NCBI GenBank assembly: GCA_010015585.1
Contig: ML975154.1
Source: Eremomyces bilateralis CBS 781.70
Lineage: Eukaryota
DNA length: 64,000 nucleotides
Reading direction: 5' to 3' (one strand)
In this document: one piece after another, positions 1-13,600 of the stretch
Numbering within the stretch: the stretch's first letter is position 1
Layout: every line of letters starts with the position of its first letter
Program-made: the position numbers and the translations under genes
The notes under the pieces: model-generated
Databases searched by the model: none
What the model was told of the DNA's origin: nothing
What the model saw: only the letters and a program-made list of their open reading frames with translations

Positions 1-1456
1 CATGCCGGCTCCCAATCCACTGGCCCAGCCTTTGTTTTTGAGGTATGCAAGTATGCTTCCAGGACCTTCATGTCCGATCAAGTGTGACAAGTATCGGCTA
101 GGATGCGATTCGTACAAGTGCTCCTCGTCTGGGTACGGGAAGGACAGTTCCAGTGAACGCATATCAAAGACCGGTTTAGCAAAGACCTGGACGCATAGTT
201 CATTCTCAGTGAGTGGGGAGATGTCCCATCGCAATCGAGGGAGCATCTTGTTCTCTACTGCCGAAAACATTTCCGTTACCCATTGCTCCAAGGTATCAAG
301 ACTCTCTAGTCCAAGAAGCGCCAACTTCATCCGGTTGGCAGAGTAGTGAGTGTGGTAGAATTTCATGAACTCATCCCTGATCCGGACGCCCCGTGCAATC
401 GGATCATCATGGAGAGTCTTATAATTGCCGGTAGAGAAATGATTGTAAGGATGTTTGGGGTTTGATAGAGACTTGTTGATCTGATGGAGCCTCCAGTTGT
501 CACTCTGGAGATTCTTCTTGTTTTCCGAATCAACAGCCCGCAGCTCCCTGTCCAAGGTCTCCTCCAGGAACAGAGGTTCGATGAAGAACTGTGCAAACCG
601 GTCGAGCGCACCATGCAGAGGGGACTCAACGCCACCGGTTGCAAGATTAGTCTGGCTCGTTGACGCCGAGCCAGGTGCCGAGTCCGCATGAGACGAAGAC
701 GCTGCTACCTCGAAGAAGAAATTGGTCGAGGTGGATGCAGTATATGCATTCGAACTTCCGGAATTGGAATTCAGATATTCATGATAGTCGTTCTCACGCG
801 GATACTATGCCGTGATGTTAGTATCCATACGAGAATGTGCCTTTGATCGAATCAAATCAATGATCGAAAACACCATCGGACGTTGGCATGCTAACCTTCT
901 TGGTTCCCATGAACAGCACGTGCTCAACGGCGTGTGCCAATCCAGGCATATCCGCCGCGTCGCTAAAGCTGCCAATATTGACATCGAGCGATGCGCTGGC
1001 CTTGTCCGTCTCTGGATCATGTATCAGAAGCGCCTCGAGCCCATTTGGAAGCTTGATGACCCTATATGATCGATTATCCAGCTCCGGTCGTTCAATATCC
1101 TCCGCCACCCGTTCTACCAGGCGGGTTTTCGTGGGCTCGTTCATCATGTCCATGGCGGCTTTACCGTGGGACCAGTTCGATGTGCAGGTGAATCCGCGAT
1201 GCTGCCGGCATGAAAGATGTGATTGAACAGTTCTAAGACGAAGAAAACGACAGAGTGGTGTTGTCGACGATCTAGGAAGCTTGCTGGCCAGCGAGTGGTT
1301 GGTGAGCTTGGGAATGTGTGGGGACGGAGTGAGCGAGAGAAGCCGACGATGTTGTCGGTAATATCTGAATCTTGTTTGACCCAGCGAGAACTGATCCGAT
1401 GATAGACACAAAGAATTACCAGCTGGCTGCCTGTATGACAATGACAGTAGTCGCAT
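1..1456 (-). CDS. STE23: M16A zinc metallopeptidase, insulysin / a-factor processing enzyme (5' part; runs off window start)
   Basis: DNRSYRVIKLPNGLEALLIHDP...PGLAHAVEHVLFMGTKK (inverted HXXEH); intron 895-805 (GTTAGC..ACTAAC..TAG) joins to YPRENDY..NAYT..ALDRFAQFF..DRELRAVDSENKKNLQSD..SHLIGHEGPGS. Two candidate starts: 1456 and 1153. Confidence 0.95.
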
Positions 1457-2229
1457 CGAACTTCGTATTTCATGCGCTAACACGGCATAGACCATAGGCA
1501 GACAAGAAAGAAAAATGAGTTGTGGAATGAGGGAATGAGGCTGACGATTGAACCCCAGTCGCGGCAAACTCGAGGTCGTGTCCGCTAACGGCTTGCTATT
1601 GTACTTTTCGTGGCAATCCGGAAGAGATGTCTTTGTATAACATCCAATAAAATTAATAAAATATATAGGTATTGTTCTTACAATCCTCCGCTCCCATCCT
1701 TCACGGATGAATCCAGTTGAGACGGGACGGGCCTCGATGCCCGTGAGACATGATATGTACCGCAACGATGAATGCAGCGTCGTATTCAACGAGCATGGAG
1801 GATCATGGAGGATCGGGAAGTGGTTGAATCGTGATGTTGCCCCCGAACTGCTCTTTATGAGCAGTGCAGACTGCAGATTTCCCCCATGCAGCCTGGAAGC
1901 CTGGGCGGGTAGAGACATGTCTCACAGGAACACGGCTTCTCAGCCCCTAGATGGTGCATATATTATGGAATTAAACTTGCGTGCACGACACACAATGCAT
2001 GTCGAGGCCTCTTCTTTCTCGGAAGCCTCGAATCGAAACTTCACAAAGACATTGTCAATTGTGCATACCACCAGACAGATCCGACTAGCTAGGTGAAAGA
2101 ATAATCAATGTTGCCCAACTCACGCGCTCAAAACGTTCAGACGCTTATGAATATCACCATACTTTCACAAGCGCTTCGTGCCACCATGTAGACTCGACGC
2201 GTCCAATAACAAAAACAGCAAGGCGTCAT

Positions 2230-4928
2230 CTACTTCCCATCTTCGCTATAGATGAGCAACTCTTCCCCATCCCACATCCGCGCATCATCCGCACCATCCC
2301 CCTCCTCGGGGTCGCATAGGAACGCGTTGGCAATCTCCGCGTCATGCAGCTCGTCGAGGTCGTAACCGTTCTCGCTGCGGAACGTACTCCGCGCAAGGGC
2401 CTCGTCGTAGTTCTCTCCGATCTGCCGCTGGACGGCAGCAATGTGTTTTTCCAAACCAGGCGACGGTCCTGGATGTGCAGGCAGGCCGGAATTGGTATCT
2501 TCAGCTGGCAGCGCTGGAGGTCCGAGGTCCAAATCGACGAAGAGGCCGTTCCGTGTCTTCCCTTTCCGCATCGGTTGAAGAACCTGACCCTTATGAGAGG
2601 AAGAAGCCTCGCTATCGCGCACGATGGTTCGGCTACCGACATTCGGGCGGATAGTGCTGTCCTTTGTAATTGCTGACATGTCCAAGTCCATACCCGTAGA
2701 AATATTCGATTGTGCTGACCTAGGGGTTCGCGGTATGGGCGTCGCGTCGACATAGCCTTCCCCAGCGGAAACTTCGAGCGAGAGCCTTGCCACGTTGCCG
2801 GGTGTAGGATAGAATGAATCCGGGTCCGCGTCGAGCAAATCCCGTGCCGGGGGCACATTCTCTCCTTGACCAACGATGATCGATTGAGGCGTGACGGTCA
2901 GACTTTGAAGCTCATCCTTAACCACGCGACGGACGATCCCTTCGAGTCGATTCTGACGGTCCGCGTTCTGTGCAAGCGGCCTGTGTTCTCGGCGGCGGAG
3001 AGTGCCCTGGTTTCGGTTGATCTCCGTGCATCCCCCATCAGGTCGCATGCGCTTCAAAGGTGAACCGGAATAAATCATCTCAGCTGAATCCAAGTCGGAG
3101 TCATGACCAACCTTCGACGCTGGTGTGGTGTCATAGGATGCTACCCAAGAGGTCTGACGTTTGCTGGGCGACGTGGGCGGTCTGGACGGGCCAAATGCGG
3201 CGTCCCCTCGGGCAGAGACCAGCGTCGGAAAGTCTTTGCGGATGCGATTCTTGAAGTGATGATCAAAGGCAGGAATGGATCGGGTGGTGGTGGTACCATA
3301 ATCTGAAACCTCGCTGGGTTCCTCCGAGGCCAGACTATCCTCATCACAAAGAAAGTCGTCGATGGAAATCCGCTTCGAGCCGGTTTCAGGCACTCGCCTA
3401 CGCACTTTGTTGGTCATGCTCTGAAACGGAGCGCGATGAGTCGGAGCCGGAACATGCATTCCAGGGCCACCAAGTGGCATTCGAAATATTGCCGACACTT
3501 CTCTCGGAGGATGCATATTGGCAATAACTGTGCTGCCAGTCGCATTGGCCATGGAATCATTCCTGCCAGCATTTCTAAGCCTCCCAGGACGCGTGACGTT
3601 GGATTCGGTTGTGAAGATCGGAGAAAAGCTTGAATCGCTCGCAGATGATATGAAAGAATCGGTCCTGTGAAGCCGACGAGCGAAAGTTTTTCGGAGTGAT
3701 TGGGACTGGGATTCCAGCGCGGGAGACGGTCGGCGTTCCGAAGCATTGATGGCAATCCGAGACTGCAGTTCTCGTTCGAGGCGAACCCCGTTTGGAAACA
3801 GATCATCGTAGATGGACATGATGCGGAATTCCAGTCGCTGCATGCCTGCAGCCTCGTTTGTACTCCATTCTCCAAGCCAAGGCTTTCGCGACGAGTAGCT
3901 AGGAACGATCCCTTCGAAAGAGTTTGTCACATGATTCCAGAAGACGTCAAAATCTCCGGAAATGATTTTGTGCTTGCAGACCGTAGCGTATTGAGCGGAT
4001 GCTCCAGTAAACTCAATGAAATCCGGCGCCTCGATGACGAGGTTGATTCGACAAGAACTGCCAACCTCGATACTTCTTGGCAGGTCGGGGAAGATTGTCC
4101 GTAGGGGCTCCCATAGAACCTTTCCCATGACATTAACCATGTATTCACCTTGAAGGGTCATCTTCGGGGGATAGGCGCGGATATGAAGGACTGTGACCGT
4201 GCACATCGCACCACCGCTCTTGAAGCATTCTCTCGTCCCCAAGAAATGTAGAAGATGCTGAAAGAACTCGAAGTGCGACGGGCTGTATAGCCATGTATGT
4301 TGGGACCCTGCCACGGTATGACATTCGATCATGGAACGTATCAGCTCTGAGGGTTGGAATTGGAATTCCTTCTCATCCAAGCGGTTGATGTAGGCGTAGA
4401 ATTCATGAGCGGCGTTTGGCGGGGCAGCAGATCCTGAATTGCGTGAGTAAATAGCAAGAGGCACCGTGGGCAGATGCAGAATAAGCATCACATACCCAGA
4501 AACTGGATAGATCTCTCGAATTCCGTCAAAAGCGCATCTCGAACCGCATTCTCGAGCGTCCTTCGAAACACATTCTCCCAGAAGCCGACCTCGTGGGCTT
4601 GGGCAATGCTAAGTCCTTTCCATGTAGAGATGATTTCCAGCCCATGTGCATCCGGATGAGCCACTCGATCCGCCGCCGGGAAGAATTGCATCAACGGCTT
4701 GTAAACATCGGAGATGTCGTCTCGCGTCGGGAACATCTCGCCGCTCAACGCCACGGTGGCCATCGGCATCTTCTCCACCGTCGAGAAGTCCCACGACTGT
4801 CGATTAGCGAGCCGCTGAAAGCCGAACATGTTGTCGTAGAGCTATTTCCGTCAACACTGACCCGACACGGAGAGTTGGAGAGCCGAACGTACCTTTCGAG
4901 GGGTGCCCCCCGCTCTTTCGGTCCCCAT
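2230..4928 (-). CDS. Hypothetical protein (~870 aa), folded N-half and low-complexity/acidic C-half
   Basis: 753-aa ORF joined by two GT-AG introns (~4892-4842, ~4494-4434) to upstream exons starting MGTERAGGTPRK|LYDNMFGFQ; no family confidently recognised. Confidence 0.75.
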
Positions 4929-5187
4929 GCTGACCTGATGAAGTTGGAGAACCGCACAACGCTAACAGTGCTCGATGACTTATGCAAGGAATAAGAAGAT
5001 GCCGCAGGATTTCAGACCGCATTCGCCTGAGGATGGCGCCAACGGAGAGAAATACTGTAGAGCGATAATGGTGACCGAGGGGAGTGTTGGAGAAGGACAA
5101 CAGGCCGCGATCACCAGGAAAGACGTGTTTCAGTCCTACAAGAAGGCATGGTGCATCTTCACTTCTCTATACGGCAGTGAAGTGTAT

Positions 5188-6745
5188 TTACACCGCATTC
5201 ATACTTGCCCGAGTAGTCAATCGCTCATTCTTGTTGCCCAATTTCGGGATCTGCAAGAATGCATCCACGCCGTATCCCTCGAGGCTATGCAGCTCCAAGC
5301 TCCCAGCCCAGTATTCAGCATATATCCTGCTCATGGGCAAACCGATCCCCAGCCGCAGATCCGGAGACCTTGCGGTTAATGTGCTCAGAGAACTCGGATG
5401 TTTACCGGTGGCTGCATCGCGATCGAACGGCTTGGGCGTTGGTTCTTGCTCAGCATCTGTCCCGTCCACACGCAGCTCCTGCAGTGTCGCCGCCAACTTA
5501 GGGACTTTGTTCAAATTCTCCAAGCGCATCCGACGTCGCGGACCCTTGCTGAAGGACCACAGATACGGAAGGATCTCGCGAGGAACACCGCCGCCCTGGT
5601 CGGAAATTCTGATGATGACATGTTGGGCGGTATCGCATATCAGCACTTCGATCGGCGGCGGCGGAGATTCTTTATGTTTTCGCTGTTCGGTCACCGCTTG
5701 GAAGGAATTGCGGAGTAGCTCCCCGACGATGTACTGAAGATGACTCAGGATATAGGGAAATGTCGCGTCCGTGTGACCCTCGATTTTTACTTCGGGGATG
5801 GCGACTTCAGAGCCATACGATTGCTGCATCAGGCTCCGTGTCGTGGTGGCGCATTGCTCCACCACCTCTTTCGCATTGCAGCGAAGGAACACCTCACCAA
5901 CGAAATCGGCGCTGTGATCATCGTCCTTCGCATCAGGAAAATGCCAGGGCGAATGGAACGTCTCCGACAGCGCCAGATGCTGCTCTGCAATCACTCGTCG
6001 AGATATTCTCTGGAGAGAATCCGTCAGTCCTTCGATCACTTCCGCATTTTCAAGTCGACTTTATACGCACCGATCTCAACAACGTCAGCATGAACTTGTC
6101 CGTTTCTTCCGGCTTCATCAAGCCTTGGATCTCCAGCACTCCCATCGCCAGGTGTGGTATGACAGAGAGGTGCTCTCCCAACGTTCCTTTTATTACATCG
6201 CAGAATCGATCGTTTTCTTCCACAGTCTTCACTTCCGGTATTCGACGCAGCTTGTCGAAAGCCTTGTAATATAGTTCGTATACGTGTGAGAGGTTGTCGT
6301 TGGTGAGGACCACATATGGGAGGGTTTGCATATCGCGGATCCGATGCGATATCCTATCGAATGATAGCGGTTAGCCATAAAGAACTGCATGCAACAGAGA
6401 TATCAAGCACATACCTCAATGGCAGTTCCGTCCGTACATAGTTTGCGGAACTGATCAGCCTTGACTCAGTTAAGGTTCGCCCGAAGAAGGTGAGCTGTCG
6501 CAAACTGATCGGTCTCGCTTCTTGCTGCACCCAGCTGGAGCTCGTCAGCTTCTTGCTTCCCCGGACAATTCGAGATAGTCTTACTCATCAAGTACAGTTG
6601 ACGGGCGCCACATAGGCCCTCTGGGAGGTTGCGGTGACTTGTCAGCGGCATTGTGTACTCTGCAACGCTGAGGAGCGGAGGTTAGTGGCAGAACCGTTCT
6701 CGAGAGACCGTTGCGGGTGCCCGTTGCAGGTCTAAGGGCAAGCAT
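5188..6745 (-). CDS. Mitochondrial pyruvate / branched-chain ketoacid dehydrogenase kinase (PKP2-like)
   Basis: Basic presequence MLALRPATGTR; ARPISLRQLTFFG, SANYVRTELP, HRIRDMQTLPY; GHKL boxes ELLRNSFQA, IRISDQGGG, GIGLPMSRIYAEYWAG, EGYGVD; 3 introns. Confidence 0.92.
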
Positions 6746-8025
6746 GGTCGCTCAGTTCGTCATATCATTGGAAGCAATATATAAAGAACGACAATCGTGG
6801 AGATTGGAGGTTAAAGGTTAAACACGACTCAATCTTCATCACCCGAGCTCATCGCCCTTCACAGCAGGGAGTAGTCAAAGCCCATATGGGAGTGAGAGGT
6901 GAGAAGTGAGAAGGGATATCACGGTCAGAATGGTCTGACAGCCATAGACACATGTCTCACAGGACTTCATTGAGCCGTGAAAAGAATGGTGAAGCATTCA
7001 ATTCAACCAAGTCGCCCACTGCACGAGACTAAGGAATGGCTCGTGTCCTGGAGATACCAAGACTCCAAGAGCTCTCTAGTCTCGCTGCTGACAGAACGGA
7101 GGTTGTGGGGTTTTGGCGCGTCACTGAGCCGCGATTGGGCTGTAGCGAAGGCGGGGGCGCTGCCGACAGCCTGCAGCTGGGCACTTTCCAGGCGCTGTAC
7201 AGGCTGCACCCCGGCTCTACCCCCGGCTCTACCCCCGCCTCCCGTAGTGTTACTTCTATATGATATGATCCCGTACCGACGACTAAGCATTCACGGAATC
7301 ACGAGCTTGTTGGATTGTTGGAGGTTGGAGTTGGAGTCATTCCTTCACAGAAAAGTATAATTATTAGTTTTTATTACTTCTACTTATTACTACCTCCTAT
7401 ACCCCGGATGCCATCTGCCCTGGATGCCAAGTTGCGCGTCACTTCGATATCAAACGACACCATCCAGGCCATCACACACAAGGCACAATACCTTGGGACT
7501 CCTGTTCCCATCCCCCACACACTCGTGGACATCATCGGCAAAGACTGGAAGTGGCGTATTACCCAAACCAACCTGTGCTGAACCACTCTGAACTCTGACC
7601 CGCGACATCCCACCAACATTACGTTCGCTCCACAGTCCACCGTCTCCACTCCTGGCAACAGTCCTGGTCCCGCTGTGGTGAGCACAGGAATAACGACAAC
7701 GACAACCACTACAACGCTGCGACAACGACACCACCCTCCAAAGAACCCAACCACGCCGCCAAGTCTTGTCGAAGCTTCAAAGGCCATTATTATTGCCTTT
7801 GACCTCTCATTTAACTTCCCGCCACCTTGCCGCCGAGCGTTACCTGCTTGCTCACTTCCACGTTATTCCTTGTTTCCGCTTGAAAAGTCTCCTCTTGGTC
7901 CTTCCGCAGACCTTGGACTCGCTGACTTGAGGTAATACGGTTGGCAGTTCTTGCCAGCAAACGATTTTGAGCTGAGCGAAGCTCCTGCACTTTCTAACCA
8001 TTTGGCCACCTTCTCCAGCGTAAGA

Positions 8026-11000
8026 ATGGAGCCGGTATGTGATCCTCCACTGCTCCACAACCTGGCTAACGATGCTGTTTCTTGCGCTCACATAGATCGA
8101 GGCTGATATCCCCATGGAGACCGAATTTGACGAGAAGCAAGACGTGGCCATCATTTCCAACGACGAATCCATGGAAGGCACAGAGAATGACGCGGATCAG
8201 ATCCGCGCCGACGACTTCGACGCCATAAAGAAGAAATACATGCCGGAGGTCCCGGATCAGGAAATAGAAGATGAAGCCACACACACATGGGAGATCGAGG
8301 ACTGGCGGGCTTTGGGCAAAAAGGAGCATGGCCCCATCTTCCAATGCGCTGGACACCCGTGGCGTGTGCTCTTCTTCCCATATGGCAACAATGTCGACTT
8401 CGCTTCCGTCTACCTCGAGCATGGATTTGAAGACAAGCCCTCGGATGATTGGTATTCATGCGTGCAGTTCCTTCTGATCCTATGGAATCCAAACGATCCC
8501 ACCATATACCAGCAACATTGCGCCAATCATCGGTTTACCGCAGATGAGAGCGACTGGGGATTCACAAGATTTGCAGAGAACAAGCGGCTATTTCATTCAC
8601 CATGGGAGGAAGGAAAGGACCGTCCACTCGTCGAAAACGATACGGCCAAGTTGACTGCATTCGTTCGCGTCTACAAAGATCCTACTGGCGTGCTCTGGCA
8701 CAACTTTGTGAACTATGATTCGAAAAAGGAAACTGGAATGGTTGGCCTCAAGAATCAAGGCGCTACATGCTATCTGAATTCCTTACTTCAGTCACTATAC
8801 TTCACCACAGCGTTCCGAAAGGTAGGGCTCAACTGAAATCCAGGGATGTGAAGCGCAGGTTAACGTATTGCTAGGCTGTCTACCAAATCCCAACCGAAAA
8901 TGAAGTCGAATATCGAGAAAATAGCGCATATGCGCTTCAGAGGCTGTTCTACCAATTGCAAACCAATCCCGGCGCGGTTTCCACTCTCGAGCTTACGGGT
9001 GCATTCGGGTGGGATTCGAAGCAGATTTTCGAGCAGCAGGATGTCCAGGAGCTTTCAAGAATTCTAATGGAGCGACTAGAGAAACATATGAAGGGCACCG
9101 AAGCCGCCGACGCCCTGGGGAGGATGTTTGTAGGCAAGATGAAGACCTATATCTCCTGCATAAACGTCGACTACGAGTCATCGAGAATAGAAGACTTCTG
9201 GGATCTTCAACTCAACGTCAGCGGCAACAAGAACCTCGACGACAGCTTCAAGGACTACGTCCAAGTCGAAACCCTGGACGGCGAGAACCAATATGACGCT
9301 GGAGAAGGACTGGGCCATCAAGATGCCAAGAAAGGGGTCATTTTCGAGACTTTCCCGAATGTGCTTCACCTTCAATTGAAGCGCTTCGAGTACGATTTCC
9401 AGCGCGATGTGATGATGAAGATCAACGACCGATACGAATTCCCTGATGTTTGGGATGCCTCACCCTACCTCTCCGACGACGCCGACCGATCCGAACCGTA
9501 CATCTATCACCTCCATGGCGTCCTGGTCCACAGCGGTGACCTGAACGCCGGACACTATTACGCTTTCTTGAAGCCAACCAAGAATGGCGACTTCTACAAA
9601 TTCGACGATGACCGAGTGACACGAGCAACCAAGAAGGAAGCATTGGAGGAGAACTTCGGTGGGGAAAATACTCCGCTTGCGAACGGCAACGTGCAGCAGC
9701 GGAATCCTTACACCCGAACATGGTCATCGAAGCGATCAATGAATGCATACATGTTGGTGTACATCAGAGAGAGCAGATTGGACGAGATCCTCATGCCGAA
9801 CGAGGTTGTCGAACCGCCATCACATCTTGGTAAGCCCGGCATTGCAAGTTGATTAATTGATTGGTTGCTAACAGCTCGCCAACAGAAACGAAATTTGCAG
9901 AAGAGAAAGAACTTCTGGAGCGAAGGCGAAAGGATAAAGAGGAAGCCCATCTGTACATGGAGGTGCAAATCGCATCCAACCACAACTTCAAAGCCTACCA
10001 AGGATTTGACATCGTTCCTTGGAAGACTGAGACGGGTACTCCTGCACACCCGAAGCTTTATAAGTTGCTCCGCAAGTCTACCTTGGCCGACCTTTGCGAG
10101 ATGGTTGGAAAAGATCTGGAGCTGGATCCAACGCTCATCCGTCCTTGGGTAATGGTCAACCGACAAAACGGCACCATCCGCCCCGACCAGCCTCTCGAGC
10201 TGCCCGACATGACTTGCGAAGAAGCGCACACAAAGTTTGGCACGAAGACGACCAACACCTTCCGGATCTGGATCGAATCCACCGACGAGAAAGACGAGAC
10301 CGGCAAACCCGTGTGGCCGAGCTCCAAAGTCGACCTGCATGGTGTCCAGAACAACAAACCGGTCCTCCTATTCCTCAAGTCTTTCGAACCAGACGCCCAG
10401 ACCCTTCTCGGTAAGGGCCAATTCTGCGCCGCGCTGCACGACAAAGTCTCGGACCTGTCCCCGCAGATTCTCAAATTGATGAACTGGCCGCCCGGGACCC
10501 CGATCAAGCTCTTCGAGGAAATCAAGCAGAACATGATCGAGCCCATGAAGCCCAAATCGACCCTCTACCAGTCGGAGATCCAGGATGGGGACATCATCAC
10601 CGTCCAGAAAAATCTGAGCGATAAGGAGATCGCGGCGTTGACCGCGAAAGGCCATTACTCGGAAGCCCGGGAGTACTACGACTGGATGCTGAACCGCATG
10701 AAGGTACATTTCGTGCCGAAGAATCAGCCGGGGTCGGTCGAGACCGACTTTGATTTGATGCTGTCGAAAAAGATGCTATATCCACAATGGTCAGTGAAGG
10801 TTGCCGAAAAGCTGGGTGTGGACGCGGGATATCTTCGTTTCTTCGCGGCCAATGCCGCCACGGGTCGTCCTAAAGGTGCGGTACGGCATACCTCAAACCA
10901 GACACTTGGACAGACTCTGAGCCCGAACTGGACCGGCTACGGGCCCAGTCACAATCAGCGACCAGACGTTCTTTTCTACGAAGTCCTCGAGGTGACGTTG

Positions 11001-11776
11001 ACGGAATTGGAGACGCGGAAGGGCGTCAAGGTGACACTTGTGTCGGAAGGCATTTCCAAAGAGGTATTTGCGCAGATGTTGTGTGGCACATTATGGGGTT
11101 CTAACCAATATGCAGGATTCCTACGAAATTCTCGTGTCAAAAATAGGCAACGTGAGCGACCTTGTCGACGGACTAGCGAAGAAGGCCGGGTTGGACCAGG
11201 AGACCGCGCAGCGTCTGCGGGTATACGAAGTGCATGCCCACAAGATCCACAAGGTCCTAACCGCGGACTATCCGGTTTCAAGCCTCAACGAGTACTCCAG
11301 CTTCTTCGCCGAGAAGATCCCGGAGGAGGAGGATGCGGCGGATGAAGGCGACCGCCACGTTCTGACGTTCCATTATGACAAGGAGCCGTCAAAACCGCAC
11401 AACGTCCCCTTCGTCTTCTTGGTCAAACAGGTATGTCCTTCTACTTCCATCTTCCATAAATTTCACATGATTGACTTTTCTAGGGTGAACTTTTCAAGGA
11501 TACCAAAGAACGACTGTCCAAGCGAATCGGCATCAAAGGCAAACAGTTTGAGAAGATCAAGTTCGCCGTTGTTCCCAAAGGCGCTATGTACGCCAAGCCG
11601 GAATATCTAGACGATGGTAAGTCCCAACCTCTCCCGGTGGTTGGAATGCCGCTAACAGCACTGTAGACGACATCCTCTACGAGCGGCTCGCCTCCCGCGA
11701 CGACATGCTAGCACTCGACCACATGAACAAGACTCGCAGCGTCTGGAACCGAGCGGATGCCATCCAAATTCGCTGA
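8026..11776 (+). CDS. UBP15: Ubiquitin C-terminal hydrolase USP7/Ubp15 (MATH + USP catalytic + UBL domains)
   Basis: MATH domain (WRVLFFPYGN..DWGFTRF), Cys box GLKNQGATCYLNSLLQ, QQDVQE, His box VHSGDLNAGHYYAF, KFDD; micro-exon ATG GAG CCG at 8026, 6 introns, stop TGA ends 11776. Confidence 0.96.
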
Positions 11777-12458
11777 AGCGCTTTCGGCGATAGCCATGTC
11801 GAGGGTATCTTAATCTACCATGGGCAGTCGTCCATCGTGTTGTGCGGAGCAGTGGAATGGACGAAGCGGAGGCAGATCTTGCGTGAACGTGCGGCATTGC
11901 CATGTCTGACAATTCCAAGCACCAGAATCGGAGCGGGGAGGCAAGACACAGTGGGGAATTGCGGCTTGCTGATTGCGAAATGGGCAAGACGAACACGGAG
12001 GTGACAGACATGATACGATTTCCTGGTCGATTGGTCACGGCGTCGACGAGTAGACAACGCAGTCATGGTGTATGCTACTATGGACGATGGTTATTCAATT
12101 CATTCCCGTCATCAATGTACGTATAACGCGCCGAAAGGCTTAGATAAGAAATGGCTGTGCGAAATATTCTGGTCATGATGTCGTCACGCACTGTGAGTCT
12201 GTGACTGCTGCTACTGTTTTATATCACGTGCTACCCGTTGGATTTGCTGGATGTGTGGCGTTCATTTGTTGTCAGACAAGGGTAGATTTCGGTAGGGGCC
12301 CACCAGTTTGACACGCAGCCTGGCCAGGGCTCGTCACGGTGGCTTCAACTGAGTTCAACCTCGATCCATCAGCTTGAAATCATCCCCTACCATATCGCCA
12401 TGCGACTTCTCCTCTAAGTGATTCCGTCCACTTCTGATGTTTGCTTTCTCCCGCCACG

Positions 12459-13272
12459 ATGAGGACCTTCAGCGTTTTCCTTAGTTTGCTCACCTTCCTC
12501 CTCTCCTCCGTCTCCGCGACCGCCCTCACGTACAAGCTCGCGGCCAACGAGAACACATGTTTCTTCGCCACGACGGAGCAGAAGGGCCAGAAGATCTCGT
12601 TTTATTTTGCGGTAAGGGACCCGATCACGGTATTCATGTAGGGGCTGGCTGACTGATGCCATGTAGGTGCAATCGGGCGGTTCGTTCGATGTCGACTACA
12701 AGGTGATCGGCCCGTACGACAAGACCATCACGGCCGGGCAGAAAGAACGGCAGGGCGACTTCGTTTTCACCGCGAACGATCCGGGTGAATACGCGTTCTG
12801 CTTCAACAACGAGATGTCGACGTTCGCAGAGAAGATGGTCGACTTTGAAATCATCGTAAGTGGCAACTTGAGGTTCTAGACACGGGGTGGTGCGGTCCGA
12901 AGCTGATGGCGTCGCACAGGTCGAGAACGAGACGCGCGCCGCGAAGTTGCCCTCTAAGCAGGGCAGCTCGCCCGAGCAGACAACGGTGCTGGAGGAGTCG
13001 ATCATGAAGCTGTCGGGACAGCTGTCGACGATCAATCGCAATCAGAAATATTTCCGGACGAGGGAGAATCGGAATTTCAGCACGGTGCGGAGCACGGAGA
13101 AACGGATCTTCAATTTCAGTTTGATCGAGAGCGCGATGATGGTCACGATGGCGGCGCTGCAGGTGTTCATCGTGCGGTTCTTCTTCCAGGGCGCCAGGAA
13201 AGGTGGGTTGATTCTGTCATTCGCTGGTTGCTACTTTTTGACGGTGCTAATGGCCACGCAGGTTATGTGTAA
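12459..13272 (+). CDS. p24/emp24/gp25L ER-Golgi cargo receptor (Erp2/Erp3-like)
   Basis: Signal peptide MRTFSVFLSLL, GOLD domain (FYFAVQSGGSFDVDY..YAFCFNNEMSTFAEK), RTRENRNFSTVRSTE, TM helix, tail FFFQGARKGYV; 3 introns. Confidence 0.93.
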
Positions 13273-13600
13273 ATGCATCTATCTAGTATGCAAAAAAAGT
13301 ACCTGTACAACATCCTATTTGCTTGTGTCAAAAGTGACTGGAGAACGACACGGCATGCCTATCCATCAGCCGATTCGAAGCCTTGCAGAAGGGCAATATG
13401 GAACGCAGAATGCCATTTCCGATGGTCCGAATGTGTCCCTAGTTCCGGGTCCTCGTCTTCCCGCTTTTCCTGCGCAAATGCGCGAGGCGCCGTAGGCTCA
13501 CCGTGGAGCCCGAAGATGTCCTCGCATATCGATCTACACCGGCATGAAAGGAGGGCTACCGCATGTAATATTGTGAAGGGGTTCGAATCCATAGCGTATC

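Noticed and set aside
1457..1918. Further 154 open codons upstream of the Ste23 presequence
   Set aside because: Runs through AT-rich promoter-like sequence with no protein-like signature.
9708..11281. Long antisense/overlapping ORFs within UBP15 (similar ones over the kinase and the Pro-rich gene)
   Set aside because: Shadow ORFs expected from GC3-rich codon usage.
13575..13595. GGTTCGAATCC B-box-like sequence
   Set aside because: No 5-bp T stem, acceptor stem or cloverleaf; lies just past the NSA2 stop.
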